DNA from: an uncultured Desulfospira sp.
GTDB lineage: Bacteria; Desulfobacterota; Desulfobacteria; Desulfobacterales; Desulfobacteraceae
NCBI GenBank assembly: GCA_963663165.1
Contig: OY760175.1
Coordinates: 5,472,001 to 5,536,000, forward strand
DNA: 64,000 nt
Direction of reading: 5' to 3'
The notes beneath the pieces are model-generated. The model had not been told where the DNA came from and searched no databases. It worked only from the letters and a program-made list of their open reading frames with translations. The position numbers and the translations under genes were made by a program. Shown here piece by piece: positions 38,698 to 48,884 of the stretch; positions within the stretch are counted from its first letter, which is position 1, and every line of letters starts with the position of its first letter.

Positions 38698-39339
38698 ATG
38701 AAAGTTATTACACTTGCAAACCAGAAGGGCGGTTGTGGAAAAAGCACCATTATTTTAAACCTTGCCATCGAATTTGCATTGCAAAATCACCGGGTGATCA
38801 TATTTGATGTAGACCCCCAGGGCAGCTGCTATGAAACCATTGATGCGCGCAGCGACCAGGATGCGGTGAAGGTTACGGTGGCACCCGTATATGAAAATCT
38901 GTACCAGGCCATTGAGACCTGCGAGTCTGATTATGATTTTGCCCTTGTTGATACTCCTCCCCATGACAATGAAGTGGTCACGGTGGCAACCCTTTGTTCT
39001 GACCTTATCCTCATTCCTGTTCAGGACTCTCCTCTGGATATCCGCAGTACAAAGACAACGGTAGATCTGATAAACGAAGCCAGAACACTCAATCCTGATC
39101 TGATGGCTTATTTTCTGCTCAGCCGGATTCAGGTCAATTCCGTCATGGCCCGTGAGCTTGCAGAAATACTAAAGAAAACCTATAATTTTGATATCTGCAA
39201 TACAAAAATCGCAAACCGGATGGCGTACAAGTATTCGCTGATTTATGGCCAGAGTGTGTCGGAGTTTGCCGAAAAGGACAGTGCGGCAAAGGAAATCCAG
39301 GCCCTGGCCGGGGAAGTCCTGTTACTTCTGGGTCAGTAA
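38698..39339 (+). CDS. Small ParA/MinD-family ATPase (orphan, type Ib/ParF-like)
   Basis: NQKGGCGKST deviant Walker A, DVDPQGS, VDTPP. Confidence 0.9.
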   Translation: MKVITLANQKGGCGKSTIILNLAIEFALQNHRVIIFDVDPQGSCYETIDARSDQDAVKVTVAPVYENLYQAIETCESDYDFALVDTPPHDNEVVTVATLCSDLILIPVQDSPLDIRSTKTTVDLINEARTLNPDLMAYFLLSRIQVNSVMARELAEILKKTYNFDICNTKIANRMAYKYSLIYGQSVSEFAEKDSAAKEIQALAGEVLLLLGQ

Positions 39340-39437
39340 CCGGCAAAAAGGGGATGCCCCCACCGGGTGACCCAATCAATAGATCAACGAATATCAACGT
39401 CCCTGTCCGGGAATGATATGGAAAAGGAGCAAGTGAT

Positions 39438-39998
39438 ATGAAAAAGAAAAGACCTTCATTGCTTGACATTGAAATGTTCGCCAAAGAAAGGGCAGACAGC
39501 CGGCTCGATAAATTAAAGAAAATTGAAGAACAGACCTTCGAAGCAGTTGAGGCAAGCAAACAGCCGTATGAAGAAACGCCCAGGCAGCAGACCGAGGCCG
39601 GTTCGGAAGAATATGTGGATGAGCTTGTTGAATTCGTGACGACCTACAGGACTGAAATCCTCAACATCAAGAATGATCTGTTCAAGGTCAAGGAGCAGCT
39701 GCGCATATACAGTTCAATGGTGAACAGCCAGCAAAAAAAGATTTCCAAGCTTATGGAGGCTTACCAGCAGGAAAGCCAACAACAGGAAGGGCCTGTCTCC
39801 CGAACGGTTCAGGACGATAATTATTACCGGCTGGTATTGCGAAATGTCATTTGGCTCAAAGAAGAAAAGGGATTTACCACCAACGATGTCCTGCGCCTGT
39901 TCCGCGCGGAAGGGTTTGAGGCCCCGGCACCCCATAAAAGCTGGAACGAAGATGTTGTTGAACGGCTCTATGCCGAGGCCAGACGGGTCATCATCTAA
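39438..39998 (+). CDS. Hypothetical ParA-partner protein (basic N-terminus, coiled coil, small C-terminal helical domain)
   Basis: Strong AAGGAG RBS; MKKKRPSL N-terminus; heptad-rich middle. Confidence 0.75.
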   Translation: MKKKRPSLLDIEMFAKERADSRLDKLKKIEEQTFEAVEASKQPYEETPRQQTEAGSEEYVDELVEFVTTYRTEILNIKNDLFKVKEQLRIYSSMVNSQQKKISKLMEAYQQESQQQEGPVSRTVQDDNYYRLVLRNVIWLKEEKGFTTNDVLRLFRAEGFEAPAPHKSWNEDVVERLYAEARRVII

Positions 39999-40053
39999 AA
40001 CCGCCCCTTGGGCGGCCCCGGTATCCGCACAACCCATTCAGACGATTTCCTAT

Positions 40054-40096
40054 CTGAGATACCTGGCCGGTGCAAACCAGCCGGGTATCTCAGACC
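40054..40096. terminator. Hairpin downstream of the ParA partner gene
   Basis: TCTGAGATACCTGGC...GCCGGGTATCTCAGA. Confidence 0.55.
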
Positions 40097-40205
40097 TTTC
40101 CTTTATTCCGTAATTAAAAAATGGTAAAAGCTTGAGTTATGACCACATAGCGGCCGGTATCTTATTTTTATAGCGCTTGATTAACCTTTATGCCCAGGAC
40201 GGACC

Positions 40206-41918
40206 ATGACCGGATTTTCCATATACCGATTTAAAAGCCTGAACACCCGGTTGACGATTTTTTTGCTGATTCCGGTGTTTTTGCTGCTGATGACCGGCGG
40301 CGCCCTGACCTTTGTATTTACCCGTAATCTGCTGCTCGAGCAATGGAGAGAATCCACGGTGTTAAAGCTTTCCCGGGCGGCTCACAGCATTGAGATGCGC
40401 CTGACCGCTCCGTTGAATATTATGGAGGCCCTTTTTACAAATGAATCTGCTTACCGGGGGACGGGTGAAGATATTGCGGCCCTTTTAAAAGGGTTTAACG
40501 GGGTGATGGATGTGGATTTTGCACCGGGCCCGTCGGTGATCCGGCAGGGCGGCGGTGATTCAGCAGAAAGATCTGAAACCGGAAAAGGGTTTCGCAGGTG
40601 CCGGATAAAAAAGATTTCGAATCCCCGGTTTGATACCTCCCTGGAGGGGAAAGTGGTCACCATTGCCATTGAGATTCTGGACCGGCAGGATCGGGCCGCC
40701 GGAACACTGAAAATACAGATGGGTTTTGATTTTCTTATGGCCGAAGTGGCAGGCCAGGAATGGTGGAAAAGTTACAAGGCCTGCCTGGTGACCCGGGACG
40801 GGACTTATCTCGCTGATGCGGATAATTCCACCCCGGGCCGGGCAATGATGGGGGCGTCAGGGGATACCTTTGAAAAAAAAATTATGGCAAGGATCGCCCG
40901 GGAAAGGTCCGGCACGGTGACCAGCGGAGAGTTTCCCCCTAAGGGCGTTGCCGGGTTTTACACCCTGGAGCCGGTCCCCTGGGTCCTGATCCTGTTCGGT
41001 GAAGGAGAAACCGTGCTGGCCCCCCTGATCCTTTACCGGAATTCATTCTTTGGGATCAGTATGGCCATGGTGCTGGTGATTGTCCTGCTGATCCGGAAGC
41101 ATACCCGCCGGGTGGTCGGGGAAATTCAGACCCTTTCCCAGAAAGCCGCTGACGTGGCCAATGGCCGGTACGGAAGCCCGATCCCGGTGGCGGGAAGGGA
41201 CGAAATCAGCCGGCTGGTTCAAAACTATAATAAAATGGTGGACGGGTTAAAGCAGCGGGATTTTATAAGGGATTCCTTTGGCCGGTATGTGGACCCTGAA
41301 TTTGCCAGGCAGCTGATGGAGCGGCCGGAAAAATCCCGGCTGGGGGGCCAGAGGCGGCAGGTGGTGATTTTGATGTCCGATCTTCGGGGGTTTACCCCCA
41401 TGGCCGAATCCCTGGACCCGGAAATCACCATTGATGTGCTGAACCGGTATCTTTCCCGGATGATTCAGATTATTCAGTCCCATCAGGGCATTATTGTTGA
41501 TTTTTTCGGGGACGCCATACTGGTCTTTTTTGATCCCCTGGATACCCCGGTTAACAGGACCGTCCAGAAGGCCCTGGCCTGTGCCTGTGCCATGCAGGAG
41601 AGCATGAATGTGGTGAACCGTGATCTATCCTCAAAGGGGCTGCCACAGCTGGCCATGGGCATCGGAATGCATACCGGGCCGGTGGTGGTGGGCAATATCG
41701 GTTCTGATACCAGGGCCAAATACGGCATCGTGGGATCCGCCGTGAATATCACCAGCCGGATTCAGGCCAGGGCCGGGCAGGGGGAGATCCTGGTCTCTGA
41801 AGACCTGCTGGAACTTCTCCCGGATGTCGGCATCAGCCACAGCTTCACGGCGCAGCTCAAAGGCATCCAGACCCCCATGACCTTGACCGGTGTGGTGCCT
41901 GAGACCCTTGACAGTTAG
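40206..41918 (+). CDS. Membrane-bound class III adenylate/guanylate cyclase (periplasmic sensor + HAMP)
   Basis: Two TM segments, DEISRL..YN.M HAMP, SDLRGFT, FFGDAI, VGNIGS, VN..SR. Confidence 0.92.
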   Translation: MTGFSIYRFKSLNTRLTIFLLIPVFLLLMTGGALTFVFTRNLLLEQWRESTVLKLSRAAHSIEMRLTAPLNIMEALFTNESAYRGTGEDIAALLKGFNGVMDVDFAPGPSVIRQGGGDSAERSETGKGFRRCRIKKISNPRFDTSLEGKVVTIAIEILDRQDRAAGTLKIQMGFDFLMAEVAGQEWWKSYKACLVTRDGTYLADADNSTPGRAMMGASGDTFEKKIMARIARERSGTVTSGEFPPKGVAGFYTLEPVPWVLILFGEGETVLAPLILYRNSFFGISMAMVLVIVLLIRKHTRRVVGEIQTLSQKAADVANGRYGSPIPVAGRDEISRLVQNYNKMVDGLKQRDFIRDSFGRYVDPEFARQLMERPEKSRLGGQRRQVVILMSDLRGFTPMAESLDPEITIDVLNRYLSRMIQIIQSHQGIIVDFFGDAILVFFDPLDTPVNRTVQKALACACAMQESMNVVNRDLSSKGLPQLAMGIGMHTGPVVVGNIGSDTRAKYGIVGSAVNITSRIQARAGQGEILVSEDLLELLPDVGISHSFTAQLKGIQTPMTLTGVVPETLDS

Positions 41919-42355
41919 GCGGTTTGGCTGTTCCCGGCAACCAGAATCTTTCTGGTTATCTCACAAAGATAGTAAAGTTCGGCGGTAGACAGAAAGTTCA
42001 AACTTACTTTTTTCAGGGTCAAATAGGGGTTGCCGTTTATGGTTGTAATGAACAGGTGAGCGTTGTCTGAATCCGGGATATCCCTGAGCATTTTTTCAGG
42101 ATGGGAAAAATCAGGCCTTAAATTGTTTTTGAAATCCGTGATTATTTTGGCGTTTTCATAGGTTATGGTACTCATTTCATCATTGTTAAGGGCCATGCAG
42201 ACCGAAATGGTCCGGTTGCTGAGCCGGGTCATTCTGTCCCGGTCACTAAAGGACATCATCTCTTTGCCAGCCGCCTGTTTTTCCAGCTTTAACACCATAT
42301 CCCGGCCCTTGTACGGACCGGACGCCACATCCGTTACCAAATTTGCAAAGTTCAT
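41915..42355 (-). CDS. Hypothetical protein
   Basis: 146-aa ORF with a GAGG RBS that fills the intergenic space; no recognised motif. Confidence 0.6.
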   Translation of the reverse strand: MNFANLVTDVASGPYKGRDMVLKLEKQAAGKEMMSFSDRDRMTRLSNRTISVCMALNNDEMSTITYENAKIITDFKNNLRPDFSHPEKMLRDIPDSDNAHLFITTINGNPYLTLKKVSLNFLSTAELYYLCEITRKILVAGNSQTA

Positions 42356-42430
42356 TATTATCCCTCTTGCCGCTAATCTAAACGCTTAAATTTATAAAAA
42401 TTATCTTGGAAAACAGTAGGGTTAATAAAA

Positions 42431-42510
42431 TGGACTTGGGATATGGGATATGGGACCTGGGGATTACAGTATCTGTGGCCTCCCCAAGTCTCATATCCCA
42501 AGTCCCAATT
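42431..42510. repeat. Heptamer hairpin, second copy of the 36803 family, directly downstream of the acyl-CoA dehydrogenase gene
   Basis: tggacttgggatatgggatatgggacctgggga...tccccaagtctcatatcccaagtccca. Confidence 0.9.
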
Positions 42511-42517
42511 TTATACA

Positions 42518-43762
42518 CTATTCAAAAATCTTCTCGTCCAATGCCCCGGCCTCATGGGCAATATCCTCCATGTCCCGGATTGCCCCGTCTTTTTTCCTTG
42601 CCCAGTACTCCTTGTACCATTCATTGGCAATGATCATGGACATGACCTCGTTGGTGCCGGTCCAGATGGAGGCCAGGCGAAGGTCCCTGAAAATCCGTTC
42701 CACCGGGTAAATATTGGTGTAGCCGATGCCGCCCATGACCTGCATGGCGTTGTGGGCCGCCTTCTGGCAGGATTCGGTGACAAATTTTTTGGATTCAGAC
42801 ACCATGCGGCGGATCTTTTTTTCATGGATCCTTTCGTCCACTGCCCGGGCCGTGCTGTAAATCATGGCCCGGGCCGCATCCAGCAGGGTAAGGGCTTCAG
42901 CCACCTGAAAGGATACGCCTTGAAATGCGGCCACAGGACGGCCAAAGGCCTTTCGTTTTGAGGTATACCCGGTGGCAATGTCCAGGGCGGGAACCGCCGC
43001 GCCAATGGTCATGGCCGCCGTGCCCAGGCGTTCGGGGATCATCATGGTGTTAAACACCTTGACCCCCTGGTTGAGCCCGCCCACAAGATTCTCCCTGGGC
43101 ACCTTGACCTCCTTGAACACCATCCGGGCCGCGCCCCCGCCCCGGCAGCCCATAAGCCCGTAAAGGTATTCGGTCTTAACCCCTTCTGTCCGGTCCACAA
43201 TAAAACAGGAAATCCCCTCCCGGGGCTGGGCATCGGGATCAGTCCGGGCATAGACCAGAAAATAATCGGCACCCTCACCGCCCACGATGAACCGTTTCTG
43301 GCCGTTAAGGATAAAGTGGTCTCCCTTGTCCTGGGCTGTGGTGGCGGTTCCGAAAAAATCTGACCCGCCCCGGGGTTCGGTCAGGCATTCTGCCGCAAAC
43401 AGTTCCCCTTTGAGCAGCGGTTTGACATATTTTTCTTTTTGTTCGTCACTGCCGTGCAGGATAATGGCGTCACAGACCAGTTCTGCGCCCACCCCAAAGG
43501 TGCAGGCAAAAATATATCCCAATACCCCGATCTCTTCCATGACCATACAGGTGGAGACCCAGTCCATACCCCTGCCGCCCCATTTTTCAGGGTAACGGCA
43601 CCCCATGAGGTTGCGCCGGCCCGCTTCCTGTAAAAATTGCCTGGGAAACTGAATGTTGTCCGCATCCATATCCAGAATCATCTGTCTGGGAATTGATTTT
43701 ACAAAATCCCGGGCTTCCTGTTTCAATTTTTTTTGTTCATCGGTCAGTAGGTAGTCAAACAT
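42518..43762 (-). CDS. Acyl-CoA dehydrogenase
   Basis: LTEPRGGSD, LNGQKRFI, R.AFG.P, QVMGGIGY, IWTGTNE. Confidence 0.95.
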   Translation of the reverse strand: MFDYLLTDEQKKLKQEARDFVKSIPRQMILDMDADNIQFPRQFLQEAGRRNLMGCRYPEKWGGRGMDWVSTCMVMEEIGVLGYIFACTFGVGAELVCDAIILHGSDEQKEKYVKPLLKGELFAAECLTEPRGGSDFFGTATTAQDKGDHFILNGQKRFIVGGEGADYFLVYARTDPDAQPREGISCFIVDRTEGVKTEYLYGLMGCRGGGAARMVFKEVKVPRENLVGGLNQGVKVFNTMMIPERLGTAAMTIGAAVPALDIATGYTSKRKAFGRPVAAFQGVSFQVAEALTLLDAARAMIYSTARAVDERIHEKKIRRMVSESKKFVTESCQKAAHNAMQVMGGIGYTNIYPVERIFRDLRLASIWTGTNEVMSMIIANEWYKEYWARKKDGAIRDMEDIAHEAGALDEKIFE

Positions 43763-43807
43763 GGGTGCTCCTGTGGTTGTTTGTTTAAAAAGCCATTAGC
43801 CATTAGC

Positions 43808-45650
43808 CCCAAAACAAGCGTGAGATAAGTAATAAAAATGAGATAAAATCCTCGAAACGCCTATCAATAAAAGGTATAATAAGTTTACCACAACGAAATA
43901 TACCAAATTGAAAGGACGTTTCGAGTGAATAAAAATATCAACAAAAATTTGGCAAAACGCAAGAAAAAAATAAGCAAAAAGCTCAACAAAAGAGATTGGG
44001 ATGAACAGCCAGCCCCTATGTTTAAAGCATCCAACATTCAATACGAGATTGACGGTCGCCTCCAAGGGGTTGCTCCCGGCGGCATAGGGTTAATTCATAT
44101 GCTTGCCAAAAAGACCGGCCTTCTGAAAGAAATTGATAAGGAGCTCGAACTGCTTAAACGCCATTTGCCCTATCATGAATCAGATCATGTCGCCAACATG
44201 GCATATAATATTCTTGCCGGTGGCACCTGCCTTCAGGATATTGAGCTGCTCAGAAACAATGAAGCCTGGTTGAATGCTCTGGATGCAGAAATTATCCCCG
44301 ATCCCACTACAGCCGGAGACTTTTTGCGCCGGTTTTCCAAGGAAGATATCATAACTCTGCAGGACGTCAAAAATACCATCCGGAAAAAGGTATGGGAAAA
44401 GCAGCCGCAAAACTTCAAGAAAGAAGCCATCATCAATATCGACGGCACTATCAGTGAAACAACCGGCGAGTGCAAACAGGGTATGGACATCTCTTATAAT
44501 GGTAAGTGGGGATATGCCCCTCTGATAGTCTCTCTGGAAAAAACAAGGGAGCCTCTTTATATAATCAATCGATCCGGCAATGCTCCGTCCCACCTCAACT
44601 CTGCGGGTTGGGTGGATAAGTCCCTTGATCTGCTGGAAGGCACTTTTAAAAAATTATACGTTCGGGGTGATACTGATTTCAGCCTTACTTCCAATTTTGA
44701 CAAATGGGATCAACGCTGTACCTTTGTCTTTGGCATGGATGCCAGATCAAACCTGATAAAACTGGCCGGTGGTCTTTCAGATTCCGAATGGGAGATATTT
44801 GAAAAACAGCCGCAAGCCATCAAAACAATCCCCAGAAAACGTCCCGAAAATATCAAACTTCAAGTGGTCAAAAAACGCAATTTCAAACGTCTTGAGACCG
44901 CCTGTGAACATATAGCCGAATTTGAATATAAACCTGGTAAATGTCGGCAACCCTACCGGATGATCGTGCTGCGCAAAACAATAAATGAGTATAAAGGCGA
45001 ACGTCTATTGTTTGACGATATCCGTTACTTTTTTTACATCACAAACGATTGGAAAAAATCAGCCAGGCACCTGGTGGATTTTTACCGGAAACGGGCGGAT
45101 CACGAAAATGACATTGATCAGTTGAAACATGGCGTGCATGCAATGGCTAATCCTTCTGATTCCCTAAATGCCAACTGGGCCTATATGGTTGTTGCATCTT
45201 TGGCATGGGATCTGAAAGCCTGGTATGGAATGATGATGCCGTATCGAGCTTTAGGTCTCTCCATCGTCCGTATGGAATTCAAACGCTTTATCCAGACATT
45301 TATAAATATCCCTTGCTTGATCATACGTTCCAGCAGGGCCATTAAATATCGAATCATTGGTTATAACAACAGGCTCACAAGCGTGTTCAAGTTTTTTAAC
45401 TCTTTGAAGACTGCCTGGGTTACATGATGCCTTTGCTCCGGACAGTTATTGCAAACGGGCTGCAATGGCGAGTCTAAAACCTGTAGATTTCAAAAGGGAA
45501 TTTAAGCAATGAACCACAACACAATCGGCAGTATTCCAAAAAACATCAGGACTCGTGCGTCTGTTTGATGGAAATTGGAGACACAAAATAATAGCTCGGG
45601 TCGACAATTGCTTATGAGAAATTCATTTTTTATAACACGCTTGTTTTGGG
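43808..45650 (+). mobile_element. IS1380-family insertion sequence
   Basis: 15-bp TIRs CCCAAAACAAGCGTG / CACGCTTGTTTTGGG, flanked by ATTAG(C) on both sides. Confidence 0.92.
43925..45427 (+). CDS. IS1380-family DDE transposase
   Basis: IPDPTTAGDFLRRF, IDGT, GYAPL, RSGN, VRGDTDF, R...EN.I.QLK motifs. Confidence 0.92.
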   Translation: MNKNINKNLAKRKKKISKKLNKRDWDEQPAPMFKASNIQYEIDGRLQGVAPGGIGLIHMLAKKTGLLKEIDKELELLKRHLPYHESDHVANMAYNILAGGTCLQDIELLRNNEAWLNALDAEIIPDPTTAGDFLRRFSKEDIITLQDVKNTIRKKVWEKQPQNFKKEAIINIDGTISETTGECKQGMDISYNGKWGYAPLIVSLEKTREPLYIINRSGNAPSHLNSAGWVDKSLDLLEGTFKKLYVRGDTDFSLTSNFDKWDQRCTFVFGMDARSNLIKLAGGLSDSEWEIFEKQPQAIKTIPRKRPENIKLQVVKKRNFKRLETACEHIAEFEYKPGKCRQPYRMIVLRKTINEYKGERLLFDDIRYFFYITNDWKKSARHLVDFYRKRADHENDIDQLKHGVHAMANPSDSLNANWAYMVVASLAWDLKAWYGMMMPYRALGLSIVRMEFKRFIQTFINIPCLIIRSSRAIKYRIIGYNNRLTSVFKFFNSLKTAWVT

Positions 45651-45848
45651 ATTAGCCGTTAGCGGTTAGCGGTTAGCTAAGAGGGAACGCTGTTTGCTTA
45701 CATATAAAAAAGATTATCAAAATCTGCAAGTTTTGCTATAACCGTTCCGGGCGGCCTGGGGTTTAAACCTGTAACCAGGAAAAGGCCACAACCATTAATC
45801 GTTAACAGTTAACAGCTAAAAGCCAACAGCTAATTCGGAGATCTGCCT

Positions 45849-46958
45849 GTGAAAGTGGACGGAAAAGATATGAGGCCCATATGGTTTGACCGGGAAAGTA
45901 AAACAGTCCAGGTCATTGATCAGCGGTTCCTGCCCCATGAACTGAGGATTAAAGACCTCAACACCGTGGATGATGCGATTTACGCCATCAAAGAAATGGT
46001 GGTCCGGGGCGCGCCCCTTATCGGTGCCACCGGTGCCATGGGGGTTTATGTCAGCCTGGTCCAGGAGGGCGCTATGCCTGAAGACGACGGATATGTTGAA
46101 GCCGAGTGCGCCCGCCTGAAAGATGCCCGGCCCACGGCCATGAACCTGTTCTGGGGCGTGGACCGGATCAAATATCTTGTGTTGCGGCATGAGTCGGCCC
46201 GGGACCGGATCAAGGCCGCCTTGAACGGCGGCCTTGAGGTGATTGAAGAAGAAGCGGTCAACTGCCGGAAGATTGGTGAGTACGGATCTGTGGTCATTGA
46301 AGATATATATTCCAGAAAAAAAGGGGCACCTGTTAACATTCTTACCCACTGCAATGCCGGCTGGCTGGCCTGTATTGAGTACGGCACGGCCACGGCCCCC
46401 ATTTATACGGCCTTTGACAAGGGGATTCCCGTCCATGTCTGGGTGGATGAAACCAGGCCCTTAAACCAGGGATCACGGCTTACCGCCTGGGAGCTTGGCA
46501 AACACGGGGTCCCCCACACCATCATCACGGACAATGCCGGCGGCCATATCATGCAGCACGGCATGGTGGACCTGGTCATCGTGGGGACCGACCGGACCAC
46601 CAGGACAGGGGATGTGGCCAACAAGATCGGGACCTACTTAAAGGCCCTGGCTGCCCGGGACAACGACATTCCCTTTTATGTGGCCCTGCCGTCTTCCACC
46701 TTTGACTGGTCCATTACAGACGGGGTAGAGGATATTCCCATTGAAGAACGGAACCCGGACGAGATCCGGTATATCCAGGGCCTTTGCGACGGGAAAATCA
46801 AAGAAGTGCTGGTTCCCCCGGCAGACAGCCCGGCCGCCAACCACGCCTTTGATGTCACCCCGGCCCGCCTGGTCACAGGGTTCATCACCGAACGGGGAAT
46901 CTGCAAGGCGGATGAAGAAGGGATCATGGAATTGTTCCCGGAAAAGAAAATGCCATGA
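45849..46958 (+). CDS. mtnA: S-methyl-5-thioribose-1-phosphate isomerase
   Basis: MVVRGAP, ARPTA.NL, LTHCNAG, DETRP..QG.RLT, NKIGTY, FDVTP. Confidence 0.95.
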   Translation: MKVDGKDMRPIWFDRESKTVQVIDQRFLPHELRIKDLNTVDDAIYAIKEMVVRGAPLIGATGAMGVYVSLVQEGAMPEDDGYVEAECARLKDARPTAMNLFWGVDRIKYLVLRHESARDRIKAALNGGLEVIEEEAVNCRKIGEYGSVVIEDIYSRKKGAPVNILTHCNAGWLACIEYGTATAPIYTAFDKGIPVHVWVDETRPLNQGSRLTAWELGKHGVPHTIITDNAGGHIMQHGMVDLVIVGTDRTTRTGDVANKIGTYLKALAARDNDIPFYVALPSSTFDWSITDGVEDIPIEERNPDEIRYIQGLCDGKIKEVLVPPADSPAANHAFDVTPARLVTGFITERGICKADEEGIMELFPEKKMP

Positions 46959-46980
46959 ACAACAGGATTTAAAATAAATT

Positions 46981-47472
46981 ATGACAGAAACCAACCCCCC
47001 TGAGCTTTCCCTTACGGAAAAGAAAATCATTGCCCTGTTGCAGACCGATATCCCGGTCAGCAAGAGGCCTTACCGGGATATGGCCGAGAAAATCGGCATT
47101 TCAGAAGACCGGTTTATTATGATCCTTGCAAGCCTCAATGACCGGGGCATCATCCGGCGGTTCGGGGCCACCCTCAAACATCAGAAGTCAGGCTTTACAG
47201 CCAATGCCATGGTGGCCTGGCAGGTGGATGAGGACCGGGTGGAAGCCACGGGCTCCATTATGGCCGGATTTGACGAGATCACCCATTGCTACAGAAGAAA
47301 CCCGGCCCCCCACTGGCCGTACAACCTGTATACCATGGTCCATGCGGCAAGCGAGGAGGCGTGTCAGGCCATTGTTCAAAAAATCTCCGATGCTGTTGGG
47401 GAAAAGACCTATACCATGCTCTTTTCCCGCCAGGAGTTGAAAAAAACCTCAATGAAGTATTTTGAAGACTGA
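46981..47472 (+). CDS. ahbB: Siroheme decarboxylase beta subunit (AsnC-like, alternative heme pathway)
   Basis: IRRFGA.L.H...GF.ANAMVAW, ITHCY.R...WPYNLYTMVH, ELKKTSMKYF. Confidence 0.85.
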   Translation: MTETNPPELSLTEKKIIALLQTDIPVSKRPYRDMAEKIGISEDRFIMILASLNDRGIIRRFGATLKHQKSGFTANAMVAWQVDEDRVEATGSIMAGFDEITHCYRRNPAPHWPYNLYTMVHAASEEACQAIVQKISDAVGEKTYTMLFSRQELKKTSMKYFED

Positions 47473-48835
47473 TCCGCCCCATATCCTTTGCGTCAACCCC
47501 TGGATCCACGACTTTGCCGCCTTCGATTTCTGGGCCGCCCCTTTGGGGTTGCTGTCCATTGCCGCCATTTTAAGAAAGGCGGGTGTCCGGGTATCTTATT
47601 TGAACTGTCTGGACCGGTTTCACCCCAATGAACCCCGGCCCGTCAAAACCCTCTGGGACGGCCGGGGCCCCTACCGGAAAACCCCCCTTGATTTTGATTC
47701 GGTCCTGGCCCCATTTGTAGGGGATACCAGCCGACTGCCCCGGGTCAGGCAGGCCTTTTCCCGTTACGGGGTCCTGCCCCAATGGTTTATCCGGGATCTT
47801 GAAACCATGGACCGGCCGGACCTGATATTTGTCACCTCCATCATGGCTTACTGGGCATCGGGGGCGGCGGAAACCATTCAGGCCATCAAATCCGTATACC
47901 CCAATGTCCCGGTTGTTTTAGGCGGCATCTATGCGTCCCTTTGCCATGAGCATGCCCTGGCCCATTCCGGGGCAGACCGGGTTATGGCAGGCCCTGTGGA
48001 AAACGATCTGTCCCACATGATTGAAACCTTTACCGGCTTTAAAATAGACCTGCCCGTTGACCCCGGCTGTCTGGACACCTATCCCTTTGCTGCCCTGGAC
48101 TTACAGTCCCAAATCCCCTTTGCCCCCATTCTCACCTCAAGGGGATGTCCGTTTTCCTGTGAATACTGCGCATCTTCATTCCTTGAGCCTAAAATGAGGC
48201 GAAGATCGCCGGACCATGTTTTCAAAGAGATCATCTACTGGCACCAGACCCGGGGGGTGAAAAATTTTGCCTTTTACGATGATGCCCTGCTGATCAACAG
48301 CAAGGCCTATGCTTATCCCCTGCTGGAAAAAATCATTGATTCCGGGGTTGATCTGATGTTTCACACCCCCAATGCCCTCCACATCCGGGAAATCACCCCC
48401 AAGGCGGCCCGGCTCATGTTTCAGGCCGGGTTTAAAACCATCCGGTTAGGACTGGAAACCACGGATTTCAGTGAAAACCGGACCCATGACGCCAAGGTGA
48501 AAAAAGACGAATTTGCAAGGGCCGTCAAGGCCCTCAGGGAGGCGGGGTTTGAAACCAAACAGATCGGGGCCTATCTGTTATGCGGGCTGCCCGGCCAGCG
48601 GATTTGTGAAATTAAATCCGCTATGGACCTGGTCCGGCAGTCCGGGATCACCCCGGTCCAGGCCTTTTACACCCCCATTCCCCACACCCCCATGTGGGAG
48701 GAAGCGGTGGCCCATGCCCGGTTTGACATCCGGCTTCACCCGGCATTGACCAATAACACCCTGTTCCCCTGTGTGGCATCGGAAGACGATATCAAACGGA
48801 TTTACCAGTTGAAAAATATGAGAAAGCGGTTATGA
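47462..48835 (+). CDS. B12-binding-domain radical SAM protein
   Basis: PLGLL, TSRGCPFSCEYC. Confidence 0.9.
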   Translation: MKTDPPHILCVNPWIHDFAAFDFWAAPLGLLSIAAILRKAGVRVSYLNCLDRFHPNEPRPVKTLWDGRGPYRKTPLDFDSVLAPFVGDTSRLPRVRQAFSRYGVLPQWFIRDLETMDRPDLIFVTSIMAYWASGAAETIQAIKSVYPNVPVVLGGIYASLCHEHALAHSGADRVMAGPVENDLSHMIETFTGFKIDLPVDPGCLDTYPFAALDLQSQIPFAPILTSRGCPFSCEYCASSFLEPKMRRRSPDHVFKEIIYWHQTRGVKNFAFYDDALLINSKAYAYPLLEKIIDSGVDLMFHTPNALHIREITPKAARLMFQAGFKTIRLGLETTDFSENRTHDAKVKKDEFARAVKALREAGFETKQIGAYLLCGLPGQRICEIKSAMDLVRQSGITPVQAFYTPIPHTPMWEEAVAHARFDIRLHPALTNNTLFPCVASEDDIKRIYQLKNMRKRL

Positions 48836-48884
48836 TGAGCTATGAAACAGATGCTTAAACTTGAAATTGCCAGGATAGCCCCCC

